Positions 1-12,032 are shown, numbered from the stretch's first letter. The stretch is DNA of 64,000 bases from Candidatus Bathyarchaeota archaeon (GCA_963806535.1 CAWDYC010000003.1:64001-128000), one strand, 5' to 3'. Made by a program: numbers and translations. Notes: generated by a model from the sequence alone, not told the origin.

Positions 1-1331
1 AACAAAACTTACTGGACAGCAGAAGCTACTCCCGCTGGTAATTGGAGAGTTGGAGACCAATCTGAAGCCTTAGCTGGCGCAAGTGCAATAATTATTCCAG
101 TTGGAAACATTGAACAATCCCCGCCCGCACAGGTTTCATCAAGCCTAAATATTTCCCCCCTTCCGTCGAATATAACTGTAAATCTCTCTGAACAATCAAC
201 AAACATCACTAATAATGATACTCGTTCTTTAACAATTTCGGGTTCAATTTTTCCGGCAAATTCAGGACAAAACGTAACAATCTATGTTAGCAACAATAAA
301 AGCGCCCTCTATCACTTCACAACAGAAACTGACGATACAGGCTACTATACGTCCACTTGGAACTTTACCGCTACAGGCACATACTATATTACGGCTAGCT
401 GGAGTGGCGATTCAAATTTTGCGGGGGCCGACAGCGAAACATTAACAGTTTTCGTTGGGCCACAATCATTCATTCAATTTCAGGGATTCGACTACAACTA
501 TATAATTGGGCAACCTGTAACCGCAGGTTTTGTTACTCGCCCAATTCAAGGAGTAAATGATTTTCTCAGCATCCCAATAGGCAACAATGTTTCATTAAAC
601 TACGATTTTATCATACTTCCAGCAGGTCATACGGTATCTAACGTGGAAACAGCAACAGTAAAAATTCCGGCAAGCCAGCAAACAATAAGGATTCGAAATC
701 AAACAATAACATCAACGTTTCCTGGAGAAACACTTTACGGTACCTGTGAATGTGCCAGCGGATATGGCGCCTCTAAGATTACCTGACGGATTTAATCAGA
801 CATTGAACAATCAGTTTTGTTTTATAGTCCAAAAAAATAATGTAAATAATTTTAGCTTAAATGTCAAAGCATTAAGTGACGACGATTTATCAAATTTGGC
901 AGATGCGGGAAACGGTGCAGAGATTACCAATGCTTCTCAAGTTATAAGTGAAAACACGTGGTATCACACAACTACAACCGTTTCAGACAAAGGAATAATC
1001 TCTAATTTATTAACCGTAAATGGCACTCTAATGGAAAGTACGCCAGTTCAACAGCGCTGCAAACTCCAACAAAACTGTCACATTGATAACAAACAACCAA
1101 GACAATGCAATAGTTTTTAAAGATCTAAAAATTGAAAATCTAAACCAAACGTCGCAGTCACCAAGCCCGAAAGAAACAACTGTGAGCAGCCCAAGCATTG
1201 TTCCGTACGTTGCATTAACGGTCCTCTTGGTGGCAACCGTCACATCAGTATTCTATATTAATAGAAAAAAGCATCTACGAAGACGCGAATCAGAAAGATT
1301 TAGAATCAAGATACGAAGCTCCTTTTACTAA
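1..1331 (+). CDS. 3' part of a secreted/cell-surface protein with Ig-like domain and C-terminal membrane anchor (5'-truncated by window, 2 apparent frameshifts)
   Basis: Frame 1 is open from base 1 (..LTISGSIFPANSGQNVTIYVS..TDDTGYYTSTWNFTATGTYYITASWSGDSNFAGADS.., Ig-like). It continues in ORFs 746..1120 and 1083..1331, which end in a S/P/T linker, TM helix and basic tail. Confidence 0.6.
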
Positions 1332-1403
1332 TAGAATTGAAAATAACCCCAAACTTATTAAACTATATCAAGACATCAGATACTAGAAGAAAAGTGAATT
1401 AAT

Positions 1404-1877
1404 TTGACCCAAACAACTCCTTCTCCAACCTCAAACCAAAACACACTTCACCCCCCACCTGTAAAACCGACAACAGAAAGCGACGCAACGGACGGCTACG
1501 GATCAAGATTCTACATTGCTTTGGCGCTTATTGTTGGAATGCTAATCATACTTGTAATTTCAGTTGCCCAAGCACAATACACGCAGACAACACAGTTGGC
1601 TGCCATATTTAGCGGCTGGATCACCACAATTGTTGCTTTTTATTTCTACGGTCAAAGCAGTGCTCAAGCTCAAAACCAACTTAAAGCAGCAACGCAAACA
1701 GCAGCAAATTCTGAACAAAGAGCAATCCAGGCTGAAGGTAAAATAAGCAACATTAAAAGCATGGTGGCAGTTCATTCTGCAATCCAAAAATCTGCAGCAT
1801 CTGAAAAGGCAATGGTAACAACATCATTATCTGACGAAGTCATAAAAAACATAAATGATCTCCTTCAAAAAGACTAA
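1404..1877 (+). CDS. hypothetical membrane protein (2 TM helices plus coiled coil)
   Basis: 157-aa ORF with two hydrophobic segments and a Gln/Ala-rich helical C-terminus. Confidence 0.6.
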   Translation: MTQTTPSPTSNQNTLHPPPVKPTTESDATDGYGSRFYIALALIVGMLIILVISVAQAQYTQTTQLAAIFSGWITTIVAFYFYGQSSAQAQNQLKAATQTAANSEQRAIQAEGKISNIKSMVAVHSAIQKSAASEKAMVTTSLSDEVIKNINDLLQKD

Positions 1878-1997
1878 ACAAAAGCACAAGACAAAAAACA
1901 AGAAATCATGGCTTTGCCAAACATTGAGCCCCCTAAATGTCAGTCATATAAACGAATACTTAGTAATGGAAAAATTGAAATGTTATTCAACTACTTC

Positions 1998-3124
1998 TCA
2001 GTTTCCATTTTTGCTTTTATGTAATTCAGATAGTTTGAGAAGCGTTTCTTTGTAGACCTGAATTGCACTCAAATATTCGTTTATTTCAATGTGTTCGTCT
2101 AGTCTGTGGTCTAGGTGTGAATCGCCTGGGCCATAAGTGACTATTGGCAAATTCATGGCTTTGCCCAGAATATTCATGTCACCAGTTCCTGTCTTGTGCA
2201 GAAGCGTTGCTGGTTTGTTCAAGCACTTTTCTAACAGACGAAGACAGATACATGCACAAGCGGTGAAGCTTTGTTAACTTCAAACGGCTCAACAGTATCT
2301 TGAACAGTTGCTTTGACTGATACCTTTGGGTTGGCAGCGTGGTACTTTGTAATTATTTTTTCTATTTGCTCAAAAACCTGAGCTGTGCTAAACTGTATTG
2401 GCACTCGAACGTCAAGGTTCATTTCAACTTCAAAGGGAACAACCGAGGTTGCTCTGCCACCCACTACTTTTACCAAACAGGCTGTGACAGCGTTGTATGG
2501 GCTTGCAGAGGGATCCAGCGATGGATACGAAGAAGCGTTTTTGATTTGTTCCCAAAGCTCATACGCTTTCTCCAAAGCGTTATCATACATCCAAGGAGTA
2601 GAAGAATGCCCTGTCTCTGTTTTTAGCGACAATTTTAAGTTGTATTTGGCCTTTGTAGCCGATTGTTATGTTTTCGACGCCGCTGGGTTCGCGCGAAAAT
2701 GGCGTAGTCAGCTTTGATTCCCTGAGTGATGAGGTGTTTGACACCGCGGCTGGTCGCTTCTTCTTCCACAACGCTGGCAACCAAGATTTCGCCTTTAAAT
2801 CCTGGCTCTTTAGCTGCTGCAACTGCAGCCATAATCATTGCAGCAAGCGGACCTTTTGCATCGACTGCTCCTCGAGCATAGATTTTGCCTTCTTCAATCC
2901 GAAGAGGTAAGTGCCCAGCTACTGTATCCATGTGACCGCACAAGAAGGATGACAGGTTCGCCTTCGCCGACGACTCCTATGACGTTTCCGATGTCGTCTT
3001 TGCCAACTTCAAAACCCATCTTTTTCATTTCATATTCTAGGTAGTTGGCTGCGTCTTCTTCTTTTCCTGAAGGACTGTAAATGCCTAGAAGGTTAGTTAG
3101 GAACCGTACTGCTTGCTCGCTCAT
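1998..3124 (-). CDS. lysK: [LysW]-lysine/[LysW]-ornithine hydrolase, M20 family (frameshifted)
   Basis: Consecutive fragments carry GHMDTV, RGAVDAKGPL, VEEE, TGTGDMN and YGPGDSHLDH motifs; last gene of the lysW cluster. Confidence 0.85.
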
Positions 3125-4306
3125 TTTCCTCTTCTCCTAAAACTTCATCCAGAACGTTTATTGCACGATCGATTTGTTTTTTGTTAATCACAAGCGGAGG
3201 CAGTAGTCGAACTACGGTTCTTCCAGCATCCAAAACCAGCACGCCTCTGATCTGCAGCTTTTTGAATTACATTGTGAACGTCAAAGCGCAGTTCCATGCC
3301 AAGCATTAAGCCTAAACCACGGACTTCTTTGACGATTTTATGCTTAGCCATTAAAGCTTCCAGACCAGCCTTGAAGTATTTGCCCATCTCCGCTGCATGC
3401 TCAGTCAGGTTTTCTTCTATGAGCGCATCTAATGCGGCACATCCAGCGGCACAAACCAGTGGGCTTCCGCTGAAAGTGGTTGAGTGTTCACCAATTTTGA
3501 ATGATGCCATAATGTTTTCTTTGGCAACGGTTATTCCGATGGGTAAGCCACCTGCAAAAGGCTTCGCTAGGCACATGATATCAGGCGTAACATCCCAATT
3601 TTGGCAACCGAACAGTTTGCCTGTGCGTCCAAAACTTGTTTGCACCTCATCAAAGATTAGCAAGAACATTTTTTTCATCACAGATTTGCCGCACTGCCTG
3701 CAAGTAGCCGTCTGGTGGAACACGTATTCCGCCTTCGCCGCGGATTGGCTCCATCAGAACTGCGGCTGTCTTCTCAGTTATTGCTTCACGAATTTTGTCA
3801 GCGTTGTCGGGCGCGACATGTTTAATCTCCGGAACCAATGGCATGAAAGGCTCACGATATTTCTTGTCCCATGTTGCTGATAATGCACCCATGGTTTTGC
3901 CATGAAAAGCACCCATTAAAGCGATGATTTCTGGTTTGCCTGTGAATTTGCGGGCAAGTTTTATGGCGCATTCAACTGATTCGGCGCCGCTGTTTGAAAG
4001 AAATGCTTTGTCTAAGCCTTTCGGTGTTATCTTGACAAGTTTTTGTATGAATTCTGCTCGTTTATCATTGTAGTAGCAGCTGTGACAGGTTATTAGCTGC
4101 TCGGCTTGAGCTTGGACCGCGGCAACAACCTTTGGATGGCAGTGTCCCAGCAAAGCGACGCCGTAGCTGGTTGAGCAATCAACGTATTCTTTGCCGTTTA
4201 TGTCCCAAACAAGCGCACCTTTACCTTTTGTTAGTACGATTGGTTTTTTGCTGAAAACATTCGCTAAGTAGCGATTTTCAATATCCATTATGTCTTTGTC
4301 ATTCAC
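3093..4306 (-). CDS. lysJ: [LysW]-aminoadipate semialdehyde/glutamate semialdehyde transaminase (frameshifted)
   Basis: Class III aminotransferase motifs NSGAESVE, FHGKT, EPIRGEGG, DEVQTSFGRTG and AKPFAGG, split over ORFs 3650..4306 and 3184..3723. Confidence 0.85.
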
Positions 4307-5110
4307 CAGTTATCACTGTACCAACCTTATGATTCAACGCTGAAGTAATAGGCTGATTTCCTGTACCCGCGGTAACTAAAACTTCCTTGACGCCCTGATT
4401 TAACGCTTCCAAGGCAGCATGAACTTTGGTGCTCATGCCCGACCCAATGCTTGAACATCACTTCTTTGACTTCTGTTGCACTAATTTTTGGAACACATTC
4501 GCCTTTAAGCATTAAGCCCGGCCACATCAGTAAGCAAGATTAGGCGGTCGGCTTTCAAGGCACCCGCGATTATGGCGGCTGTTCGGTCACCGTCTACGTT
4601 GAGCGGTTCATAATCTTGGCTTAGCGCAATAGGCGTCACAATCGGCACATAGCCCTTCTCAAGCAAAAGATTAAGCAACCCAGAGTTGACTTGCGTTATT
4701 TTTCCAGTGTAGCCGCCGTCAATAACTTTTTTTCTGCCGCGCTCATCAACATGGATGAGTTTGGTTTTTCGGTCTCCCTTCAAAGTCGCTGCATCTAAAC
4801 CCGTTATGCCAACAGCAGATATGCCTTGAGTTTGCAGTGCTAATACAATTTGCTTATTAATTTTGCCAGCCATTACCATAGTGTAAATTTCAATTGTTTC
4901 TTTGTCTGTGTAGCGGCTTCTGAAGCCTTCAGGCGAAATTATAAATTTTTGTTCCTTACCCAACTTTGATGCGATTTCGGTAACTTCAACGCCGCCGCCA
5001 TGGACAAGGATGATTTTGTTTGTTTTGGCTACTTCTTTTAGGTCGGCGACTAAATCGTGGGATGCGCCTTCTTTGAGTATGCTTCCGCCCATCTTTATTA
5101 CAAGCAGCAT
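4299..5110 (-). CDS. lysZ: [LysW]-aminoadipate/[LysW]-glutamate kinase (frameshift near 3' end)
   Basis: MLLVIKMGGS, VHGGG, RSRYTD and LNVDGDR amino-acid kinase motifs. Confidence 0.88.
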
Positions 5111-5115
5111 AGCGG

Positions 5116-6168
5116 TCACATCGGATGGAAACCAGTGCTCTTCAAGCCTGTGGTTTCGTCTATGCCCATTTGTATGTTCATGCATTGCACGGCTTGGCCT
5201 GCTGCGCCTTTGGCCATGTTGTCAAGGGCTGAGAAAAGCAAAAGCCGATTTGCATGTTCATCAATCTCGAAGCCTATGTCACAGAAGTTGGTGCCCTGCG
5301 TGACTTTGGGGTCAGGCAATTGGTAAGGTCCTTTTTGATATTTCACTAAGCGTACGAATGGTTCATTGCCATACATTCCGCGGAGAGCTCTCCATATGTC
5401 CTTGTTTTCTATCTTTTGTTTGGGATAAGTGTGAATGGTTGCAAGGATTCCGCGGACCATGTTTACGGCGTGTGGAGTAAACGATATTTTTACTGGCTCA
5501 CTGGTTAATGCGTTTAGTTCTTGCTCTACTTCGGCTATGTGGCGGTGCCCAACAGGCTTGTAGGGTCGCACTCCACTGAAACGTTCAGGATGATGCGAAG
5601 ATAGTGAGGGTTTGGCTCCGCCGCCCGAAGACCCAACCTTTAGATCTACTACAATTTTGTTTTGATCAATCAATCCAGCTTTCACTATAGGCGCTAAGCC
5701 CAAAATTGCGGATGTTGCCATGCAGCCTGGGCAACCAACTATTTTTGCATTTTTTATTTCTTCTCGATGAAGCTCTGGCAAACCGTAAGCTGCTTCTTTT
5801 AACATTTCTGGATGGGCATGTTTCCAGCCATAGTAAGTTTCGTAGTCGACTGGGTTTTTGAGGCGATAATCAGCGCTCATGTCAATTACTTTTAAGCCTG
5901 CCTCTAAAAGTTTAGGAACCAAGTTAACTGAGCCACCGTGAGGTGTTGCTGTGAAGATTAAGTCGCAGTTTTTCTGCATTTCAGCCATGTCTTGGGGCAC
6001 GAATTTTAGCTGGGTTATGCTTCGCAGGTTCGGGTGTACATTGAAGACGTATTCGCCTACGCTTTGACGCGAAGTAACCATAGTTACTTCTGCCTGCGGA
6101 TGCAAAAGCAGCAAACGCAATAATTCGCTGCCGACGTACCCTGAACCACCAATTATTCCAATTCTCAT
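5116..6168 (-). CDS. lysY: [LysW]-aminoadipyl/glutamyl-phosphate reductase (ArgC family)
   Basis: IIGGSGYVG, DMSADYRL, GCPGC, GSSGGG and DNMAKGAAGQA motifs; intact ORF. Confidence 0.93.
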   Translation of the reverse strand: MRIGIIGGSGYVGSELLRLLLLHPQAEVTMVTSRQSVGEYVFNVHPNLRSITQLKFVPQDMAEMQKNCDLIFTATPHGGSVNLVPKLLEAGLKVIDMSADYRLKNPVDYETYYGWKHAHPEMLKEAAYGLPELHREEIKNAKIVGCPGCMATSAILGLAPIVKAGLIDQNKIVVDLKVGSSGGGAKPSLSSHHPERFSGVRPYKPVGHRHIAEVEQELNALTSEPVKISFTPHAVNMVRGILATIHTYPKQKIENKDIWRALRGMYGNEPFVRLVKYQKGPYQLPDPKVTQGTNFCDIGFEIDEHANRLLLFSALDNMAKGAAGQAVQCMNIQMGIDETTGLKSTGFHPM

Positions 6169-6191
6169 TTCTGTTATCCTTCTCTTCTTGA

Positions 6192-7377
6192 TTAATGGTC
6201 AATTAGGCTCTTCGCACCTTTCAAGAGTGGAATCGCCACATTATAGCCTGTTGCAAGCCGAGTGTTCTCCCAGAACTCGGGGCAGGAATTGGATTCATGA
6301 AACACCAATTCGCTCTTATTTTTTTCTACGCTTTCTTCAATTACCTTTTTAATATTTTCGTAATTTTCACTATCTGCGTAGCCCTTGAACGCTTTTTCTA
6401 GTCTGCTGTTCCAACCTTGAAAATCTGTTAAGCGAGTTTCATCCTGCTTAACCTTTTGAACAGGCACAAACGCTTTAGCTGCTTTATCAAGTTGAGCTTT
6501 AAGGTAAACGTCATCAACCTGTTTGTTTTCTTTAACGTTTACCATGGCGTCTAAAGCAAAAATCCATGCTTCACTGCCTTTGCCAAGGGTTCTGCCACAT
6601 TTCACCGCTAAATCCTGAATACTTTTAGGTAATTTGACACCGAAAACCAAGTTGCCCAAGAAAGTGTTGGTTCTAAAATCTTTAAAGCCGGCTCTCGCCA
6701 TTGAAATTGGATAGCAAAAGGGCTGTTTACCTTTCTCTTTGTGAACAATTATTCTTAAATCGTAAAACCATTTTTGAACAAGTTCTTGAGCGACAACTCC
6801 GACGGGATTGATTATTGAAGGTTTTGTTTCTTGAATGTTGGCGATGAGTTCTTCATTGTTTTTTGCAAGCATAATCATTTTGCCATGGGTTCCAGCATCA
6901 GCTTTAATCACTATGCCTTCTGAAATTGGGATTTCTTGTTGAAACAGTTCCGCTATGTCTTTTTCATTGTGGATTACTTGGCCATTTTTCAAAGTGTCAG
7001 TTGAATCGCATGGAACAAAAACTGTTTTGGGAATCGGTATGCCTTCCTTCCAAAGGTTAAGCAGTGTGCGTAGTTTGCTGTAGCAGACAAATTCACTTTG
7101 GGAGCTGTTTAAGGTTTTTTTGCCAAGTTGCTCCATGATGTATGAGGCTTGGAGACGACGGTTTTTGCTTTGAGCACGATTAAGCACAACAGCCATATCA
7201 TTGATTATGCCTGTGTAATCTTTGCCTTTGGTTTTAGCATTAAAACCGTCTTTAGAAATTGACTAAAGCAATTTTTCTGAAGGGCAGAAAAGTTAAGTCA
7301 ATGCCTAATTGCTGCGCGGTGAGTTTTATGCCGTTTTCGTCATTTTCAGACCGCTCATATAAGAGTGCAATGCTCAT
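6192..7377 (-). CDS. lysX: ATP-grasp LysW ligase (LysX/ArgX/RimK family), divergent, with N-terminal frameshift
   Basis: Lies between lysW and lysY; VLNR, IPIPKT, AQE, DLRI, FRTN and ESNSCPEF motifs; N-terminus MSIALLYERSE.. starts at 7377 in another frame. Confidence 0.7.
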
Positions 7378-7450
7378 CGCTTTTCGGCTCCACTAAAAAA
7401 ATTAGTTCAAAAAACTGGTTAAAATTATGAAGGCTGGTTAGGGATACTGT

Positions 7451-7657
7451 TTATTCGCCCCAGTCTTCGCCTTCAATGGTTAATTCTTGAAGGTCTACGC
7501 ATCCGCCTTTAACTTGTTTAACTTCAAGTTCTAGTCCGCATCCGGGGCAGCTTAGGATTTCTCCTTTTTCTGTGTCTGATGGAACATCAAGGTCTGCGTC
7601 ACAATCGGGGCATTTTGCCTTCACACTTTGTGGGTTTGAAATTGCTGGTTTAATCAT
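7451..7657 (-). CDS. lysW: amino-group carrier protein LysW
   Basis: CPDC/CPGC zinc ribbon and diagnostic C-terminal EDWGE. Confidence 0.95.
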   Translation of the reverse strand: MIKPAISNPQSVKAKCPDCDADLDVPSDTEKGEILSCPGCGLELEVKQVKGGCVDLQELTIEGEDWGE

Positions 7658-7903
7658 TTTTTATTCGTCACTTTATTATTTTAGGAAATGTCTTTTTGAT
7701 TATTTCCCAGCTTAATTTAAACATTGTGACTTATTTGTTACAACTTGGACTTCTAATGTTCCATTTGGTGCAGTAATTTAGGGCTTGCCAGAGTGGAAAA
7801 CGTAAAACAAGCAAGCAGCCACAACGAAAACCGTAATTCCGCTATAATGCTTATAAGGGAAACCGTTAAACGTTAATGACAACAAACAACTCGGCGATCA
7901 AAA

Positions 7904-8315
7904 ATGGATGAAGTAGATAAACAAATAATCAAACTTCTAAAAGACGATGCAAGAGCAGGCTACGGCGAAATAGGAACCAAAGTTAGGATTATCCGAAGGT
8001 GCAGTACGGAAAAGAATCAAAACCTTAAGCGACCAAGGTGTAATAAAAAAATTCACAGTTAAAGTTGCCGTTGCAGAAGGCGCTCAAGCCATAACTTTGC
8101 TTGCAACCAACCCGGCTCATCCAACACAGGAAGTTTCAAAAAAAATCCAAGCAATCCCCAACGTCGAAACAACGTATGAAGTTAGCGGCGAATACGACAT
8201 CGTGGCGGTGATTAGCGGAATGAACATGACAGAAGTTAATGAGTGTATAGAGAAAATCCGCATGGTTGAAGGAATAGTAAAAACCAACACAATGATTGTA
8301 CTGCGCAGCTCATAA
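7904..8315 (+). CDS. lysM: Lrp/AsnC family regulator, LysM-like (frameshift near 7985)
   Basis: MDEVDKQIIKLLKDDAR..LSEGAVRKRIKTL HTH followed by EVSGEYDIVA RAM domain; divergent from the lysW operon. Confidence 0.75.
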
Positions 8316-8496
8316 AAGGGAAAAGGGCTTGCTTTCTCTTGATGATAGTTGGCGCCTGGTTATTTTTGATGAAATCAATTAAGCGAAAGACTTCTTTTCA
8401 AGTGATCCGTAGTTGTGGTGAACAGAAAGCCATTGTGTAAGAAAACAAATAAGATTTATTAATACTCAATACACAAATCCAATGGGGCAAAGATAA

Positions 8497-9136
8497 ATGA
8501 ATGAAAAACTACAAGAAAGCGCCCAATACTTAAAATGTTGCAACCAACTAGAACTCGAAGCCTTTAACCTTTATGAAACATTCTCCAAGAAAATCAACCA
8601 ACCTGAAAACTGCTTTATCTTAGGCTTCGCATATGATAGCCTAAAATGCGCCAAAATTATTCAAGGAATACTCGATTACATAGAAGTACCTGAAACCGAA
8701 AAAACAAATCCAAAAAAGAATTTCTCAGAATTAACCAACAGCGTCTCAGCTTTTACCAAAAAAGTCTCAAAAATCAACAGCATAGACAATGAGGTTGCCT
8801 CCGAAATACTCAAAGAACTTGTTACACTCGAAGACCAACTTACAGAGGCTTACACAGATTATGCGCAATCAAGTGCAATTAGAGATAATGTCCGAGGAAT
8901 TCTCAAAACTGCAAGTAAACTTGGACAAATTCAAGAAACTCTTCGAGACTTTCGCAGAAGAAAAACAAAAACACAAAGAAACAATTATTGAAATCGCGTG
9001 TTACTTTGACACAAGAGAAAACGAAAGATTAAGACATGCAGCACCTGTTGTTAAATATCAAAATCCCGATTCATGGATTCTCACTTCTTCTCTTCATTCC
9101 TTCGCAACAACTTCAGCTGAGAATGTAACTCCGTAA
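8497..9136 (+). CDS. hypothetical ferritin-like four-helix protein (frameshifted)
   Basis: Two overlapping ORFs form one helical protein with LE..AFNLYE and EEKQKH-type repeats. Confidence 0.5.
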
Positions 9137-9236
9137 ACTCCAGTTGGCGTCTTATCTCTATTTTTTTTGATTTTCAATTTTTTGAGAAAAATGATTTGGA
9201 TTTAACCTTTATTTTTACAACATATAGATTTACTCT

Positions 9237-9423
9237 TCAAATTCTTCTCAGAAGCAAGTTAGCTATCAAAGCCACAACCAAATCGCCGATAATCCAGACT
9301 ATAAAGGAAATTTTTCCAGCGATGGCCAAAACAGTGAATAGCAGAATGAAGAGTTATTGAAATTATACCGATTGTTCTTTTCTTTCGACGTGTTTCACGA
9401 GACAAATTATTAGCTATAGGCAC
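9237..9423 (-). CDS. small 2-TM membrane protein (frameshifted)
   Basis: Manual translation: ..RETRRKKRTIGIISITL / ILLFTVLAIAGKISFIVWIIGDLVVALIANLLLRRI*. Confidence 0.4.
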
Positions 9424-9547
9424 ATCAATCACGCTATAATCTCATATAAAACTATTAAAATATTAATCCACAAAACCTTGAAAACGCCGTCAAGAAAATA
9501 GTGAGCGCCCGTCAGCTACTTGAACATAGATTTTTCCATTTTCTATC

Positions 9548-9826
9548 TTACAGGGATAAGTTGTCAGGGTTATCAATTTGTTTTCGACAAACTCTCCATT
9601 TCTGTATGTCAAACTTCCATCCGTGACATGGGCACATTACTGAGTATTCGTTAAGTACGCCTTTGTCGAGTGAACAGCCTTCATGAGGGCAAATGTTTGA
9701 AACAGCAAAAATTTGGCCACCTTGCTTCACTAATAGAATGGATTTCCCAGAAACTTGCACGTGCTTCATGTGACCTTCTTTCAACTCTTTTTCCTTTAGA
9801 CACGCTTTAAAATTAACTGTAGACAC
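9548..9826 (-). CDS. Rieske [2Fe-2S] ferredoxin
   Basis: CPHEG...CPCHGWKFD Rieske motifs; the C-terminus is probably frameshifted. Confidence 0.85.
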   Translation of the reverse strand: MSTVNFKACLKEKELKEGHMKHVQVSGKSILLVKQGGQIFAVSNICPHEGCSLDKGVLNEYSVMCPCHGWKFDIQKWRVCRKQIDNPDNLSL

Positions 9827-9877
9827 ATTTCAACCTCCTTTGGCAATAATCAATGTTGCATCGTATATTATGTGCAT

Positions 9878-10263
9878 TCAGCTTGAAATAAGTTTTTGAA
9901 CCCTATCCTCAATTTCATCTCTGATTTCTCATACCTTATCAATTGATTTAGCCTTCGGATCTTCAAGCGCCCAATCAACATTTTCTTTAAAAAATGGACC
10001 AAGGCAAAAATCAGAAACCCCACAGCCCATGGTAACAATCAAGTCAGCTATGTTGGCCATTTCCTGAGGTAACATTTTGGGTTTGTAATTGGATATGTCG
10101 ATGCCTTTCTCTTTCATAGCGTGTACAACAACTGGATTTACGTGGTGATCTAATTTTAATCTGGCACTTTGCGCAGTTGGTTTTCCTCGCGCATATTTGT
10201 TGGCAAAAGCTTCAGCCATTTAGCTTCGCCCAGCATTTTCAACACAAATAAGGCTTTTTTCAT
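9878..10263 (-). pseudogene. arsC: arsenate reductase / LMW protein-tyrosine phosphatase family, disrupted
   Basis: The CVENAGRS*MAE P-loop has TAA where Gln is expected, plus frameshifts at both ends; VTMGC and DWALEDP motifs are present. Confidence 0.75.
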
Positions 10264-10564
10264 TTTCAATTACCTTTGAATATTTCTTAGCCGGTAAGCT
10301 ATTATCTAGATTAATCATAACTGGTACCTTCTATTAAAGGACCTATAAGGTAGCGAAGGCTTCTTAAGAAGCTAAACCGAAAACGGCACCTGCCACAGCT
10401 ATTGCTAATTCGAAGTTGTTGATAATCATTCTAATTCAACCAATCTAAATTTGTTGATTACACAAGCATTTCACTTTTACCCAACCCTCCACTGCTTTGT
10501 CCAGCATTTTCAGGGTTCATCTTTTAAATCACTTTAAACAATAGCGCTGATCAAGTGACAAGTC

Positions 10565-10798
10565 ATGAAAAAGAAATCAATTGCCTTAGCTATTGAGGAA
10601 AACCTCGCACTTGATTTAACAATGCATGATGTGCCAGCATCGCTTATTACAGAGTTTGCGGAAAAAATTGTTAGACCTTACTACAACGGCAATTTGAATG
10701 CTGCCATTCAAGATTTAATTTTAAAGGCACTATCTGAACAGGATTATGTGCATTCTCATATTACACATGTCAGAAACTCATTCCAGGAAACAAGCTAA
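10565..10798 (+). CDS. small hypothetical protein (ribbon-helix-helix-like)
   Basis: 77-aa ORF downstream of TTTAAA TATA-like boxes. Confidence 0.55.
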   Translation: MKKKSIALAIEENLALDLTMHDVPASLITEFAEKIVRPYYNGNLNAAIQDLILKALSEQDYVHSHITHVRNSFQETS

Positions 10799-10970
10799 AT
10801 ACAAATATTCCATTTTCTTAATATTGACAACATTGTTTTCTTATGTTTCAAAAGGAATTTTAGGTTTAAGAGAAATTAGCGCCCCAAATTGTTTCACATG
10901 AAATCAGTCTTAAGAGGAAAGGCTTAATAGTTCTGAGGTTGAAATTTTCTTTAGCACAAGGGCGAACGTT

Positions 10971-11207
10971 GTGGCACTTTCGAGAATGGAGAAATACCTC
11001 GCCGTAATTAAGGTCTTAGAAAGCGGAGATTTAGTCACCCAAAAACAAATAATGCAAGAAGCTGACCTCAAATTAGAATCTCCAAAAGAAGCCCTTGACT
11101 TTTTAGTCAATGCTCAATTAATCGTAGAAAAAAAGGTTGGAAACAAGAAAGTTGTATGCTATCACCGAAAAAGGGGAAAGATTATACAATTATTTCCGAT
11201 TAAATGA
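10971..11207 (+). CDS. winged-helix DNA-binding protein
   Basis: SRMEKYLAVIKVL..TQKQIMQEADL..LDFLVNAQLI pattern; 3' end probably frameshifted (YAITEKG in an alternate frame). Confidence 0.6.
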   Translation: MALSRMEKYLAVIKVLESGDLVTQKQIMQEADLKLESPKEALDFLVNAQLIVEKKVGNKKVVCYHRKRGKIIQLFPIK

Positions 11208-11307
11208 TGATAGCGAAATATTTGGCGGGACGAACATAAACAGAATTGATTAAGCATCAACCCTTAACATTTACAACTATTGCCAACTGACACTATCAAC
11301 TAGAAAT

Positions 11308-12032
11308 CTAAAGATGACTAAATCTTAACTTCTCAATTTTCTCGACAGCTCTAACTGAGCCCACGTAAGCAATGTCGGTTAATCCAATAAAAAACCCTGT
11401 TTCCACAACGCCTGGAATCATCTTCATCTTAATCGCTAACTGAGCCGGATTAGCGATTTCTCCAAAATAGGAGTCTAAAATGGCATTCCCATTGTCAGTG
11501 ATCACTGGTCCAAGCTTCCCCTTTGCCTTCTCTCAGAATAGGCTTTCCTCCAGCATCAATAATTTTTCTCTTTGCAAGTGAAATAGCAAAAGGTAAAACT
11601 TCAATCGGCACAACCTGATTATTTTCGCCAAGCAGCTTCACTTTTTTCTTTTCATCACCAATTATCACATTAAGTTTTGAGGCTGCAGCAACAATCTTTT
11701 CTCTTGCCAAAGCTGCACCCATGCCCTTTATCAAATCTAGTTGAGGAGTTATTTGGTCTGCTCCATCAATTGTTACGTCTATTTCTGGGTGTTCATCTAA
11801 AGTTGTAATTGGAATTCCACAGTCAACTGCTAACAGGAAAGGCTTGGTAAGAAGTGGGAATACCCATAATATGAAGTTTTTCAGTTTTCACTCGCTTGCC
11901 TAAGGCTTCTATGGCGAAAGCGGCTGTGCTTCCGCTACCTAAACCAACAATAAAGCCGTCTTTAACATGTTTAACTGCTTCTAAAGCTGCTTTCTGCTTT
12001 GCCTTCTGAATTGGATCAAGGTTAACTGTCAA
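11308..12032 (-). CDS. rpiA: ribose-5-phosphate isomerase A (frameshifted)
   Basis: [32 protein letters not shown] and IPGVVETG motifs over three fragments. Confidence 0.9.

Noticed and set aside
1998-8315. Programmed frameshifting or true pseudogenisation of the lys cluster
   Set aside because: The shifts are scattered with no common slippery motif and also hit unrelated genes such as rpiA; sequencing error is more parsimonious.
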